A stretch of DNA of 63,207 nucleotides, counting the filler, from Octopus bimaculoides (lineage: Eukaryota), in the NCBI RefSeq assembly GCF_001194135.2. It is 5 parts of 4 records of this genome, joined end to end, with 100 filler letters (N's around TTAATTAATTAA, not from the genome) between each part and the next. Parts side by side here need not be neighbours in the genome. Positions count along the whole stretch, not along the records: positions 1 to 28,305 come from NC_068982.1; 4 more parts are not named here. One strand, written 5' to 3'. Below the pieces are notes generated by a model. It had not been told where the DNA came from. It saw nothing but the letters and a program-made list of their open reading frames with translations, and did no database searches. Shown one piece after another: positions 11,061-24,649 of this stretch. Numbering within the stretch: the stretch's first letter is position 1; every line of letters starts with the position of its first letter. A program made the position numbers and the translations under genes.

Positions 11061-11967
11061 GAAAACTGACATTAGATACTTTGATACTTAAATGAATTTC
11101 GGCCAGAACTGGCCCTGGCCATGACTAAATTAATAGCACCACCTGAGAAAGACATTTAATGGTGTTTCCTATTAACGTCATTCTTTGGGCACCATATTTC
11201 AGTTGAGTACAGAATCATTAGTTGTAGAAATATATCCCTAAGTCTCCCTTCAATTCGGAGACAAAAACTCCTTGGGATGCTCGAAGAAAAAAATCTGCAA
11301 AATTTTAAAAATAAAGAGGATGCAATAAGGAATAGGTTTGTTTGTAAACCCAGCTAGTGAAAGCAACGAATATGTTCTTGTCTTGATAGATTTCATCAAC
11401 GAAGCAAATTCACTTCAGTTGGTTGGACTTTTGGAAAAAGCAAAAAAAGGCAAAAATAAGTAAATATAATTGGAGAATACAGGTTAAAAGGCTAGCGGGG
11501 GAGAGAGTGGGGAAGACGAAGAGAAAAGCAAGATAAAGGGGAAAGGAAGGAAAAAGAAAACAAGACACAAAATGTAATAAAACAATGTAAGTGGGGGAGG
11601 AAAGGGCGACAGGCGAGCCTTTAAAAGTGATTGCAATCAAGGAAAGAACGAAAAGGATTATATGAGAATAAAAAGTGTGAACGCTCCAAACGTAAATATG
11701 TACAGTATTTTTACAAATACGAATGTGTTTTACGTTCCAACGCAAACATTCATTAGCTATTAAAAAATGGAATAAACTCATCTCAGCTGAATTCATACAC
11801 AGTAACCTTTCACATTTATATTCTTATATTATTCTTTTCTTAGAGCCAGCTTTTCTGCACCCTTTTTACTCTTTCCTTCTTTTAGTTTCTCTTCCTCATA
11901 GCTTCCTTTCATCTTCTCCGCTGTTGCCTACCAGTCATTTTTATCTATATTGTCCTATTTGTCTAGT

Positions 11968-12325
11968 GGAGGCGCAATGGCCCAGTGGTTAGGGCAGCGG
12001 ACTCGCGGTTATAAGATCGCGGTTTCGATTCCCAGACCGGGCGTTGTGAGTGTTTATTGAGCGAAAACACCTAAAGCTCCACGAGGCTCCTGCAGGGGAT
12101 GGTGGTGAACCCTGCTGTACTCTTCCACCACAACTTTCTCTTACTTACTGTTTTTGTTGTGCCTGTAATTCAAAGGGTCGCCCTTGTTATACTGTCTCAC
12201 GCTGAATATTCCCGAGAACTACGTTAAGGGTACACGTGTCTCTGGAGTGCTCAGCCACTTGCACGTTAATTTCACGAGCAGGCTGTTCCGTTGATCAGAT
12301 CAACTGGAGCTCTCGTCGTCGTATT
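11968..12325 (+). mobile_element. tRNA-headed SINE, separate family (E)
   Basis: GGAGGCGCAATGGCCCAGTGGTTAGGGCAGCGGACTCGCGG...GGTTTCGATTCCCAGACC (A and B boxes), about 290 bp body, short (GTC)n tail. Confidence 0.85.
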
Positions 12326-15300
12326 CGAGTTGGGTCAAGCAACTTGTCAGACAAATGTCTAATTAGTTACTTAATTATGCCGGAAACTCAGAGTAGCAAT
12401 GTATATTCTATACTAGTTTTTTTTTATATTACTTTATACATATTTCTCTTTACATATGTAATGAGCATTTAATATTTGCCTGGTCTTCATATCAGTATTT
12501 ATATTTCATACTAATGCATCTTGTATGTACTGAATAAAGTATATCGTATATTAAGAGAGTATTTTATTTGTTATACATCCAAGTGTATTATCGGGTAGAG
12601 AATCATGACCAAAAACCATTAGAATATTTATGGATTTGTACATCCTGACCTGTTCGTTACAGAATAGTCGTGCGCCTTCAAGAATTTACAATTTGAAAAA
12701 GCTACTGTATAAAGTTTGTTAGGAAAGCAAACAATGACTGCAAAGTTACTGATTTACCACTCTAACACTGGGATATAAAAGCAGTCAAATCCACTCCCTG
12801 AAAAATTAAGGACCTTGATCCCTTTGAATACAAACTTTTAGGCCAAATATCCAAAGCAAAGTTATGTTAAGTACACCAATAACTTCCACTTCAATCCGAT
12901 ATTAAAGAACGTTAAGAAATCTAAAAAGTAAATAGATAAATAAAATATAAATAAATAATTAGATAAAATAAATATATATATATATATATATATTCCGATA
13001 AAGCGAAAAATCCTTTATAAAGTAGGTTATAGTAAATGTATGCAGCTACTAAATAATAGCATAGCCCCAAACTATATGATAACCCGCATGCAAAATTACT
13101 ATGATAAAAATAACGGGGTTAAAATAAAGCTCACCACTAAAATTAGATAACACATTAAAATGTTTAGCTAAACATGAGGCATAGGTTACGCTTAAGAAAC
13201 TTATAAAGGTCTTTGTCGCTAAACCCACATATAAATGAATTAATCTCGCTAAATATGAATCATTAATTTGAAAGAAAATTCTAAAATGTATTCATGACAT
13301 TAGGAAAGTAACTAACTTCACCAACGAAATAATAGTAACACAGTTGTTAGTTGATTTAATGATATTAATAACAAAAATAACTCCAGATTTATCTAATTTG
13401 ACATTGTTGAACTTACCCTTCTGCATCTTATTCCCTATGCATTACTGAATTGGCTAAGATTTACGGTACTACCGAATACAACGAAATATTCCACATAATA
13501 GGAAAACCACACTTGTTGGCAGAGATCCTGTCTGAGTATGAAAAAATATCTGAGCCAACGGGTTTTTCGATGTAAGCATATTGATGGGGGTAGGCGACAG
13601 CACAGAGATATTTGGATCTTGTGCGATTATACATTTTGCATGAATTAAACAGTCTTTGGTGTGTGTAAAGGTGACGGATTGGCTCTATCCAAATATGACA
13701 ATGGACATGATTTACACACAATCAGAAAATACAACATTTTCCTAAAAATAAAAAAAAACCCTAAAATGTTGGTACTTTCACAAGCACTTATTGAAACACT
13801 GAAATTCATAACTGTCGCTAGATTAAGCATCCCTACCTCCCAATAAAACTAAACGGTTCTGCTTGCATCTTAAGCATACGATCTTTTGTTTTGTGCTAGA
13901 TTGGTTTCTACTACACCAAAAGGGATTAAACTGTTTACTGCAGAATACTTAAGCTGTTGTTTAACTATCTTAAGATTTGATTCTCGAAATTCTGTTGAAT
14001 AACCTGCAAAAAGATTTGAAGCGCACGCTGGCTTATGTGCTATTTGGTTGGGAAGCAAACTTCTTACTCTACAACTATATGTATGTATATATGTATATAC
14101 GTCCACACAAATACATGGACAATGAAACACACATCAACTTGACAGAGTACATTTTAATTCATTCTCAGTGAGTGTAACGCACAAAAGAGGTGAAAGAAAA
14201 TTTACAAACAATTATAAATATTTCAGGGTTGTGGTAAAAGTTTCAAGCGGAGCGAAAATTCTGACAGAAAAAAAAATCGGCATATCAAAGGATGGCAGCT
14301 GGAATGACCATATTGTTGAAAGTTTGATCCGCAGTCACGTAGTTTCAGTTTCAATACTACTGTGCATTAGATTGGGCAATTACCATAGCTCCAGTCTGTC
14401 CAAGTCTTAGTAATGAAATCGGGTAAATAAAAACTATTTAGAAGCCCAGCGAGATGACTGTTCTTGAGTACTTGACACGTCTCCCGTTTAACACCCTCTT
14501 CCATATTCCTTATATGTCTTCAGTGGAGACGCTCTGTTTCAAATATATAGGTTAAGTGTTCGGTCTGAGGATACCCCTGAGATATGATTTTTTCTCACTT
14601 TCCAGTTTCGAGATTCTCATTAAAAATATCATGGATGCTGTCCTTTCTCTGACACAGCCATATAAACACACACATGTATATACAGTCAAATATATAATCA
14701 TATATACGCTCTGATTTCGCTGTAAGTATGCACATAGGTTTGTGTGTGCAGTTGTATGTTTGATATAAGATATTGTTATTCATATAAATATATATTAATA
14801 TGCTCGTATATCATGGAATGTTATCGATTATTATATTTTTATTCTAAAATACGCCATTTTAAGTATTTGTTTACAAGTTAGTTATTTTAGAATAGTTTCG
14901 GAAATGTATCTGGAAATAAATATTAAAGTCGGCTGTAAATTACATTTAGAAAACATCAACAGCCGTCTTATTTCAATTATTATTGTAAACCTTTGCCATT
15001 CCCTTAGGCTTCAAAAAGGTATATAAGAAACAGAAACGAATTAAACCAAATGAATATGATTTCTTAGATATTTTCTCTTAATTTATAATTGAAATTTAAA
15101 AAAAAAATCATCTGAAACGGAAACTTAATTTAGAATTTCCTTTGGAATTATATCAATTCTAAGAACATATGTCTACATCTCTTTGTGATAACACGGATAG
15201 TATTCAGTTTTATAAAACTACGGGGAAACGAAAAATATGTGTGAGTCATAGGCTGTGTCTCTTACAAATTACTTCGTCGAATTCCTTTCATATAATCCTC

Positions 15301-17780
15301 TTGAATTAGAATCTACTAAATACATAATGTGTTAAAGAGGTAAGTCAGTGTTAGTGATGCATGTTAGTGACACGAAATGTATGTAGTTGTCATGAATGTT
15401 TTTTTAGACATGTAGTGTTTATGAGGTGATTTACTGACGCACACATATACGTCAACACACACAATCACGTGTGTGATGTGTGTGTGTGTGTGCGCGTGCA
15501 GAATATCTATCAATACGTATGTTTGCTTATTTGTGTGTGGGTACTTGTTCTTTGAGTATATTTAGGCATTCAAGTGGATAATCTTAAGGTTATTGACATC
15601 TGCATAGCCTAGTACTCTCATTACGGAAATACTTATATTCTGCAGAAACGCGTAGGCTTCATACACAAATATCTTCTAAAGAAAATTATCAGATTCTAAC
15701 CCATCGTTATAGTGCGCTTTCATACTATCTATTTTTTAATCGCTACAACAAGAGATATTGCTTACCAAAATTGTTGAAATTGTTCACCCACACCACTAAA
15801 TATACCTACCCTTCTACTTTTCACTACCTATATTAATTTTCTCCCGAGAGGCTGCAAAAATGATTCGGTACATTCTTTCATTTAAGAAATCAACTGCCGT
15901 ATAAATTTAGTTCTTTCCATACTTCCCTATAAAAAGTTAAAATCTCAATGCCTCAAGTTATTTTAACTGATCTAATCTTCCTGTCTTGGAGGGCAAAAAC
16001 CGTTAGCTACGGGTACTAGCCCTTCCTCATCTGACGTAACGATACAATCAACTGCAAAATTCTATAAGAGCGAACATAAATTTCTTTACATTGATGATGT
16101 TCTTTACAACAAAGAACAGACGACTAGCTCATTTTGGCTCATCTCACGCACCATAGGAACTCAGTTACGTTATTAAACAGTTGTAATGTCTTCTTACTTT
16201 TTATTTCCCTTGGAGGTTCAAAGGCCCATCCTTAAGAATATATACGGACAATATTAGTTATTATCTCGTGGGTTCTGTATTTACACTTCCGCCTATTGCA
16301 GAGAGCAGAAAATTAGCCATCATTTTTTTTTACTGCTACCAAACCTAACTGAAAGAAGATAGCTTTTTCCGTTTTACAAAAATACTGAACATAAATAATA
16401 TAATTTTTAAGAAATACCTCGCATTGTTAAAGTCATAACTATCGTAGTGATTATTTCTACATTATATTTTAGTGGGACTCAGATATCACGTACAAATGTA
16501 CCAATAAAAATAGAAATACGTTACATAAATAAATAAATAAATAAATAAATAAACGAGCAAATAAAACGAAAGACAAAAGATAAAGGTAAGTCAGAAAAGG
16601 AAGTAAGTTAAATGACGCATTCGTTGTTATAAATCTTCTTGCGAAGAAACAAGTTTATGTTTCGATTTTTGCTTTTGTTTTACAGAATCTCATATAAATC
16701 ACATCTGTTGGCGTATTTCAATGACATCAATCCAAATGTCTATTGTTTGTTTGTGAAATACTGTAACATTGTCACTCTGACACACTGACAGCTTGTCACC
16801 AGTCCACTTACAAAACACCCTATCATCCATCTCGTCAGGCAAGATTTGAAACACTAAAACCTAAGGTAGACAATGTGTGCCTAGGGGTGTGCACGCGCAC
16901 GCACGCACACACAGAGACACATACGCACACAATAGATATATATAGATAGATACACACACACATACATTCATATATACATATACATATGCATACACACACA
17001 GGCACACACGCATACACGCGCGCGCATGCATATATGTATGCACACATACACATACACAATATATATATACAAATATATATNNNNNNNNNNATATTTATAT
17101 ATATATATATACATGCATACATTTAAATATACATATACCTATGCATACATTTAAATATACATGCATACATATACATATACATATACATGCATACATTTAA
17201 ATATACATATACCTATGCATTTATTTACATATATATGCGTGCACACACACAGGCACTCACATACATGCGCGCGCATGCACACACGCATACACACACACAC
17301 AACACACACAACACACATACACACATACATACCCACATATATGCTCGTGTGTGTATATTGAAGCAATATTTAGAAAGTGTATATAACATTGGCATTGCTG
17401 AATTAGTTATATATAAAATATGGTAAACAAACTCGATTATTGAACAATATCCTCCAAGCGATTGATTACACATTTATAGACAATACATGATCTTTTAAAT
17501 GTATGATATAGAAATCACTTGCATTTAAACTACCGAGTGTACACTACCAGGTATATACTCAGAAGAAAAGGTTTAAGTAAAATTTTTTGAAGGTTGGTAT
17601 AAATGAGAACACCAATAGGGTGATGTTTCTGTGATCTCCGGTCAGATAATAAGCAACACACAGGCAATATGTTAATTAAGTCGTCATAAATCTAATTTGA
17701 TATGTTTATGCAGTGAGGAAGAAACGATATAAGTTCAATAGCTAATTTTTTTTTGTTTTTTGATTATTTTGGTAAATCAA

Positions 17781-17820
17781 TTCTGAACACGTTTCGGATT
17801 TTTTAAACCTCATCAGAGAA
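17781..17820 (-). ncRNA. Degenerate minimal hammerhead-ribozyme-like motif (Penelope type)
   Basis: Minus strand TTCT-CTGATGA-GGTTT-AAAA-AATCC-GAAAC-GTGTTC-AGAA. Confidence 0.5.
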
Positions 17821-18197
17821 ATGCAGATTTTATCGTATTTACAGACGTAAGGATTAGAGAATAAGTAGAATCTACTGGATTTTGCATATGATTACAGATG
17901 TATAATTAGCATACTTAATAAACTAACTCACTGAACTTGAGTGCTCAGAAGTCAATGACGGACAAGATTTTTCTTTTATAGCATCTCGACTTGGTCGCTC
18001 AATCAATTTAATCTTGTAGAGAACTCTTCTTCAAGAAAATCTTTGATGTTTATAAAATGAGTGACATATTTTAAGACTTGATTAAACAACAAGCTAGAAT
18101 AGTACAATGGCTACATCCTAAATACTGGTTGCATGGAAAAATTCGAAACAAACTAATATGTGTATGTGTATATACTAATGTGTATGTGTATATACTA

Positions 18198-18235
<38 letters not shown>

Positions 18236-18989
18236 NNNNNNNNNNNNNNNNNNNNNNNNNNNNNNNNNNNNNNNNNNNNNNNNNNNNNNNNNNNNNNNNN
18301 NNNNNNNNNNNNNNNNNNNNNNNNNNNNNNNNNNNNNNNNNNNNNNNNNNNNNNNNNNNNNNNNNNNNNNNNNNNNNNNNNNNNNNNNNNNNNNNNNNNN
18401 NNNNNNNNNNNNNNNNNNNNNNNNNNNNNNNNNNNNNNNNNNNNNNNNNNNNNNNNNNNNNNNNNNNNNNNNNNNNNNNNNNNNNNNNNNNNNNNNNNNN
18501 NNNNNNNNNNNNNNNNNNNNNNNNNNNNNNNNNNNNNNNNNNNNNNNNNNNNNNNNNNNNNNNNNNNNNNNNNNNNNNNNNNNNNNNNNNNNNNNNNNNN
18601 NNNNNNNNNNNNNNNNNNNNNNNNNNNNNNNNNNNNNNNNNNNNNNNNNNNNNNNNNNNNNNNNNNNNNNNNNNNNNNNNNNNNNNNNNNNNNNNNNNNN
18701 NNNNNNNNNNNNNNNNNNNNNNNNNNNNNNNNNNNNNNNNNNNNNNNNNNNNNNNNNNNNNNNNNNNNNNNNNNNNNNNNNNNNNNNATATATTATTTAT
18801 ATTATTATATGATTGAACGCCACGCATCCTCTTCCAAGAAAGTTTTATCTTAATAATTCTGATGCGCACTCTATACGATCTTTTTACTCTTTCGTTTTTC
18901 TCTCTTTCTCTCATTCTTTTACCACCTCTTCTCCCACTATCCTGTCCTATTACTCTGTCATTCTCTCTCTCCCTCACTCCTCCTCCCTT

Positions 18990-19030
18990 GCTCACGAGGC
19001 TCCCACGTGACCATCGGCCATCTTTTTTCT
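18990..19030. promoter_or_regulatory. E-box (CACGTGAC) next to a YY1-like motif (CGGCCATCTT) in a CpG-enriched patch
   Basis: Motifs at 19004-19011 and 19015-19024; no transcript evidence. Confidence 0.25.
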
Positions 19031-19489
19031 TCTCCTAACTTGTGTTTCTTTCTTTCTCTTCGTTATAGCTGGATCAAGGAAGACGTGTTCTTGTCTATCT
19101 CCTATCCAAGCTTGACTTACGCGTTCACCCCCACAACCTCGTTTAGGCTTAGCAGCCCTTCCTGTTTGTTTTCACTGTCCAGTTTGTGTTACCAATTTTG
19201 ACCCTCCGCAAAATCTCAAATTTTATTTAATTTACTTTGCGGGAGCAACTGTTTTATCGAAAGCATATATTGTTCTTAAATGCTTGAAATACGAGAGTAA
19301 AAAAACAGTCAACGACTGATGAAGTGCCGTTCTTTATGTTGCTTGTCTTGTTTTCCATTTGTGTCTTTCGTTGTTGGAAAAATAGTTCATATTCTATGTA
19401 CTCGTACTTCGTATCATAATATAGGTGGCCCGTTAGCAAGTAAAACCTAAAGGCAAGTTAATAAACAAGCAAGGGTACAAATTCTTAAC

Positions 19490-19625
19490 GGCATTTTGTC
19501 CCTCTTTATATTATGAGTTCAAATTCCGTTGCGATCGACTTTGCCTTTCATCCTTTCAGAGTCGATAAAATAGATACCAGTTGAACCCAGGAGTTGATGT
19601 AATCAACTTAATCCCTACCCCCGAA
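19490..19625 (+). mobile_element. SINE family B partial
   Basis: GAGTTCAAATTCCGTTGCGATCGACTTTGCCTTTCATCCTTTCAGAGTCGATAAAATAG. Confidence 0.85.
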
Positions 19626-20573
19626 CTGTAATTAGTTAAAGCCCTTTTAGTTAAGTTCAAATCTTACCACGGTAGTCGTTGTTTTTCATTCATCCCTTTT
19701 GTGTCAATAAAAGAAAAGTACCTGCAATAAATCGGTTCGATTCAATCGATTACAGACTACTTCGAATGTTAGAATTCAATATCATATCAATAATACTATG
19801 AAAGGAAATTATGAATTTCTTTTGACTCCAAAATTTATGTTAGAATGTGATAGCGGTGACATGTGATGTAATAGCTAACGTGCTGTTTTCTAGAGTATCC
19901 ATGGAGCAAGTTGAAGAGAAATGAGTTCTAGCCAGCAAAAGTATAAGTTCATCTCCACTCTTTTGCAGCATTCGTCAGTCTCCAAATAGAAAATTGAGAT
20001 CTTCAAGTCTATGGCAAGGAAAGAAATTATACTTAATTCTTTTACTTGCTTTTGAAAGAAAGAGCAACCAGCATATACTTTCTCAAAAATAAGTTCAACA
20101 TGGCGTACAGAAAAATAAATTTCATTTACATCTATAATTTTTTAAAAAATTTATATATTTATTATTTTTGACGTTGATTTGTGTGGTGTGGGTATGTATT
20201 TTATAATTGTAAATCTTATAGCCGTGGGCAAAGTATTTGTAATTTGTAGTTGAGAAATATAAGACAAGTAAATAAAGGAATAAATAAGCAGATTAATACA
20301 CAAAGTGGAGTGAGAACGAAGTGAAGCGGAAACAAGGAAAAAACCGACAAAGTAAAGTTCTGGAAGTGGGTGTGGTGAATGGCGATAAGAGGAAATATAA
20401 AAGAGAGAGTAGGTAGGGAGAAAGTGGTTAAATAAATAAATTTAATTTAAAAAATTACAAAAGGGAAAAATATNNNNNNNNNNNNNNNNNNNNNNNNNNN
20501 NNNNNNNNNNNNNNNNNNNNNNNNNNNNNNNNNNNNNNNNNNNNNNNNNNNNNNNNNNNNNNNNNNNNNNNNN

Positions 20574-21257
20574 ACATATATATACATATATATATATACA
20601 CATATATGTATACGTGTATACACACACACACACCCGCACGCACGCACATATGTATATATATGTATATATACACATATACATATGCTAGCAGAGATACCCG
20701 CCCTTGCACGAGATTAAAATGGCATAGTTTTTTTTTATTGTTTTACTTGTTTCAGTCTGTTGACAGCGGCCATGCTGGAGCACCGCCTTTGGATCCAAAA
20801 AATCGATCACAGGATTTATTCTTTGCAAGCCTAGTACTTATTCTATCAGTGTCTTTTGCCAAACCGCTAACTTATGTTAACGTAAACACAGCAACATCGG
20901 TTGTCAAGCAATGGTGGGGGGTACAAACTCAGACACACACACAAATATACACATATAAACAACAGTCTTCTTTCTACACACATATGTATATATACATAAA
21001 TATATACACACACATATATACATATATATGCATATATACACACATATATATACATACATATGCATATATATACGCATATATACATACATATATATACATA
21101 TATATATATATACATATATATATACATATACATATATATATATACATAAATATACATATATATATATACATATATATACATATATGTATACCCACATAGA
21201 TATATAATTACACATAAATATACATACATAAATATGTATATATACATNNNNNNNNNN

Positions 21258-21316
<59 letters not shown>

Positions 21317-21410
21317 AAGATATAAATATATACGTATATATAGATATACATATCTAAACATATATATATATACATACATACATACATACATACATACATA
21401 CATACATGTA
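20574..21410. repeat. Compound (TA)/(TACA) microsatellite region containing a partial minus-strand family A SINE (about 20735-20950)
   Basis: Direct; SINE 3' half TTTTACTTGTTTCAGTC...GTTGTCAAGC. Confidence 0.9.
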
Positions 21411-21722
21411 TATAAATACATATTGAAAGTAATAGAAATGAAACTAATATATATAGATGCATAATGAAAGTATAATAGTGAAAGTATTAATAGAGATGTT
21501 ATTGTTTCACTTTTGACACATAATACGGAAACAGTGTAAGAGATAAGAGATTGCCCCGGGCTCGCATTAGGCAAGAAGTTGAAAAATTTTATGACCCATG
21601 ACACTGCATAGACCCTAGGTAAGGCATGTGTAAAATTTGAATGAAATCCATTGGGTAGTTCTCGGGTTTTAGTGATGCACACAGACAGACAAACATGCAT
21701 ACACATTCTCTGTTTTATAAAC
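20685..21722 (-). mobile_element. Non-autonomous Helitron-like (Lep1-type) element interrupted by a SINE and microsatellites
   Basis: Terminus CTAGCAGAGATACCCGCCCTTGCACG at 20685 resembles the Helitron end at 41315; the body at 21480-21720 has AAATTTGAATGAAATCC...GTAGTTCTCG...(ACAG)n...GTTTTATA. Linking the two parts is inferred. Confidence 0.5.
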
Positions 21723-23064
21723 ACACACACACACACACACACACANNNNNNNNNNNNNNNNNNNNNNNNNNNNNNNNNNNNNNNNNNNNNNNNNNNNNNN
21801 NNNNNNNNNNNNNNNNNNNNNNNNNNNNNNNNNNNNNNNNNNNNNNNNNNNNNNNNNNNNNNNNNNNNNNNNNNNNNNNNNNNNNNNNNNNNNNNNNNNN
21901 NNNNNNNNNNNNNNNNNNNNNNNNNNNNNNNNNNNNNNNNNNNNNNNNNNNNNNNNNNNNNNNNNNNNNNNNNNNNNNNNNNNNNNNNNNNNNNNNNNNN
22001 NNNNNNNNNNNNNNNNNNNNNNNNNNNNNNNNNNNNNNNNNNNNNNNNNNNNNNNNNNNNNNNNNNNNNNNNNNNNNNNNNNNNNNNNNNNNNNNNNNNN
22101 NNNNNNNNNNNNNNNNNNNNNNNNNNNNNNNNNNNNNNNNNNNNNNNNNNNNNNNNNNNNNNNNNNNNNNNNNNNNNNNNNNNNNNNNNNNNNNNNNNNN
22201 NNNNNNNNNNNNNNNNNNNNNNNNNNNNNNNNNNNNNNNNNNNNNNNNNNNNNNNNNNNNNNNNNNNNNNNNNNNNNNNNNNNNNNNNNNNNNNNNNNNN
22301 NNNNNNNNNNNNNNNNNNNNNNNNNNNNNNNNNNNNNNNNNNNNNNNNNNNNNNNNNNNNNNNNNNNNNNNNNNNNNNNNNNNNNNNNNNNNNNNNNNNN
22401 NNNNNNNNNNNNNNNNNNNNNNNNNNNNNNNNNNNNNNNNNNNNNNNNNNNNNNNNNNNNNNNNNNNNNNNNNNNNNNNNNNNNNNNNNNNNNNNNNNNN
22501 NNNNNNNNNNNNNNNNNNNNNNNNNNNNNNNNNNNNNNNNNNNNNNNNNNNNNNNNNNNNNNNNNNNNNNNNNNNNNNNNNNNNNNNNNNNNNNNNNNNN
22601 NNNNNNNNNNNNNNNNNNNNNNNNNNNNNNNNNNNNNNNNNNNNNNNNNNNNAGTTAATAAATTTTTGCAGCTAATTTACCGGTTAGAGAACATCATTAT
22701 TTAAAATTTATTAATAACAGGTGAAACCATGGTACGTAGGTTAATCGTTTTTTTATTTAGTATTTTTTCATTTGTCTTGCCCTTTTACAGTCTGTTGTGT
22801 CGCTAAATTTTTACTGGGAGCATATTTTTCGTGGTTAGATGATTCGGCATCTATTTCTAGCATATAGGAGTCCACTTTTGCTGGTCATTCCTCTTATTTT
22901 TGTATGTAATATAATTTTAATCTTCGGATTTTTTTTAATATGCTAGACCACTGGTCTTAATTGATTAATATAAATTTCTACCCTTATTAATAAATTTTAT
23001 ATATATATATATACTTGAAAATATATACATATATATACGTACATACTTGAAAATATGATCAAGA

Positions 23065-23230
23065 GTAATTGTGTCGTAAGTAGCTCCTTACCAACCACAT
23101 GGTTCCGAATTCAGTCCCACTGTGTGGCACCTTGAGCAAATGTATTTCTACTATAGCCTCTGACCGACGACCAAAGCCTTGTGAGGGGATTTGGCAGGCG
23201 GAAACTGAAAGAAACTCGTTGTATATATTT
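23065..23230 (+). mobile_element. SINE family A, 5' half
   Basis: Matches family A head up to GAAACTGAAAGAAACTCGT. Confidence 0.9.
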
Positions 23231-23234
23231 TTAT

Positions 23235-23336
<102 letters not shown>

Positions 23337-23380
23337 GTATGAAGTTATGTTTGTATGTGTGTGTTTGTGTGTCTGTGTCG

Positions 23381-24112
23381 TCGGGAGCTGCACAAAGCCA
23401 GATTTCATGGGTGGGCTGCAATCAGAAAACTACTACTTTTAAAAACAAACGTTGCAAAGCGTTTAGAGTGGAGTAAAAACCCACAGAATTGGTCCCTAGA
23501 GCAGTGGAAGAATATTATTTTCTTGGAGAGTCATCCTTTACCTTATTTCCGACCATCGGCCGAGCATACGTCTGGAGACAACCAAAAGAAGCATTTGACC
23601 CAGACTGCCTTCTTCCAGCTGTTAAACATAGAGGACTATATCTTGGAAATCTGCCAGCGCAGAATAGTCAAGACTATTTAAGCACTTTATCTGATGAAAT
23701 TCATCCTATGGTTGCAGAATTGTTTCCGGAGCGAAACGCAATCTTTCAGGATGATAATGCACCAATTCACACAGCTAAAGTTGTTACTGAATGACACGAG
23801 GAACATTCTAGTGAAGTTGGACATCTTATCTGGCCACTACCGTCCTCAGATCTCAATATTATTGAACATTTATGGTGCATTTTAGAAAAACAAGTAAGGT
23901 GTCGATATCCTCCACCATCATCACTACAAAAACTGGAGACTGTTTTAGCTGAAGAATGGACAAAAATTCCTTTGGAAACAATTCAAACTTTGTACGAATG
24001 CATTCCTCGTGGAATTCAAGCTGTAATTACTACCAAAGGTGGTCCTACCCCGTATTAAAATAAATTTGTTTGAGATTTTAAGGTGATTCCATTGTTTTCT
24101 CCAACCCCGGTG
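23381..24112 (+). mobile_element. Tc1-like transposon, 3' part, transposase pseudogene with DD36E spacing
   Basis: RELHKARFHGWAAIRK..., frameshift at the first catalytic D, FQDDNAPIHTAKVVTE*HEEHSSEVGHLIWPLPSSDLNIIEHLW, ends GGPTPY* (24058); AATAAA; right TIR ...GTTTTCTCCAACCCCGGTG then TA. Confidence 0.93.
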
Positions 24113-24393
24113 TATATATGTGTGTGTGTGTGTGTGTGTGCTCAGCTAAATAGAACGATACTTGAAAATATAANNNNNNNNNNNNNNNNNNNNNNNNNNN
24201 NNNNNNNNNNNNNNNNNNNNNNNNNNNNNNNNNNNNNNNNNNNNNNNNNNNNNNNNNNNNNNNNNNNNNNNNNNNNNNNNNNNNNNNNNNNNNNNNNNNN
24301 NNNNNNNNNNNNNNNNNNNNNNNNNNNNNNNNNNNNNNNNNNNNNNNNNNNNNNNNNNNNNNNNNNNNNNNNNNNNNNNNNNNNNNNNNNNNN

Positions 24394-24438
<45 letters not shown>

Positions 24439-24610
24439 GCACGCACGCACGCACAAATATGTAATATCTCTATAAACCACAAGAAACTAGAAGCGTTTTG
24501 ACATGTGAGCAACGCCGAATACATGCGCGTGTGTGAGAAGTAATTCTGTTTAGATGCCGAGGCGGCAGTCGGTATATGTGAGGTCGTGTGTGTATATGTA
24601 TTTGTGTTTC

Positions 24611-24649
<39 letters not shown>

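Noticed and set aside
13461-13721. 86-aa minus-strand ORF
   Set aside because: A stop lies just upstream, the nearest good acceptor (13742) is out of frame, and no family is recognisable.
14227-14307. Peptide GCGKSFKRSENSDRKKNRH after an AG, reminiscent of Zic/Gli C2H2 fingers
   Set aside because: First Cys and correct His spacing are missing, a stop follows, and no upstream exon supplies the Cys; probably chance.
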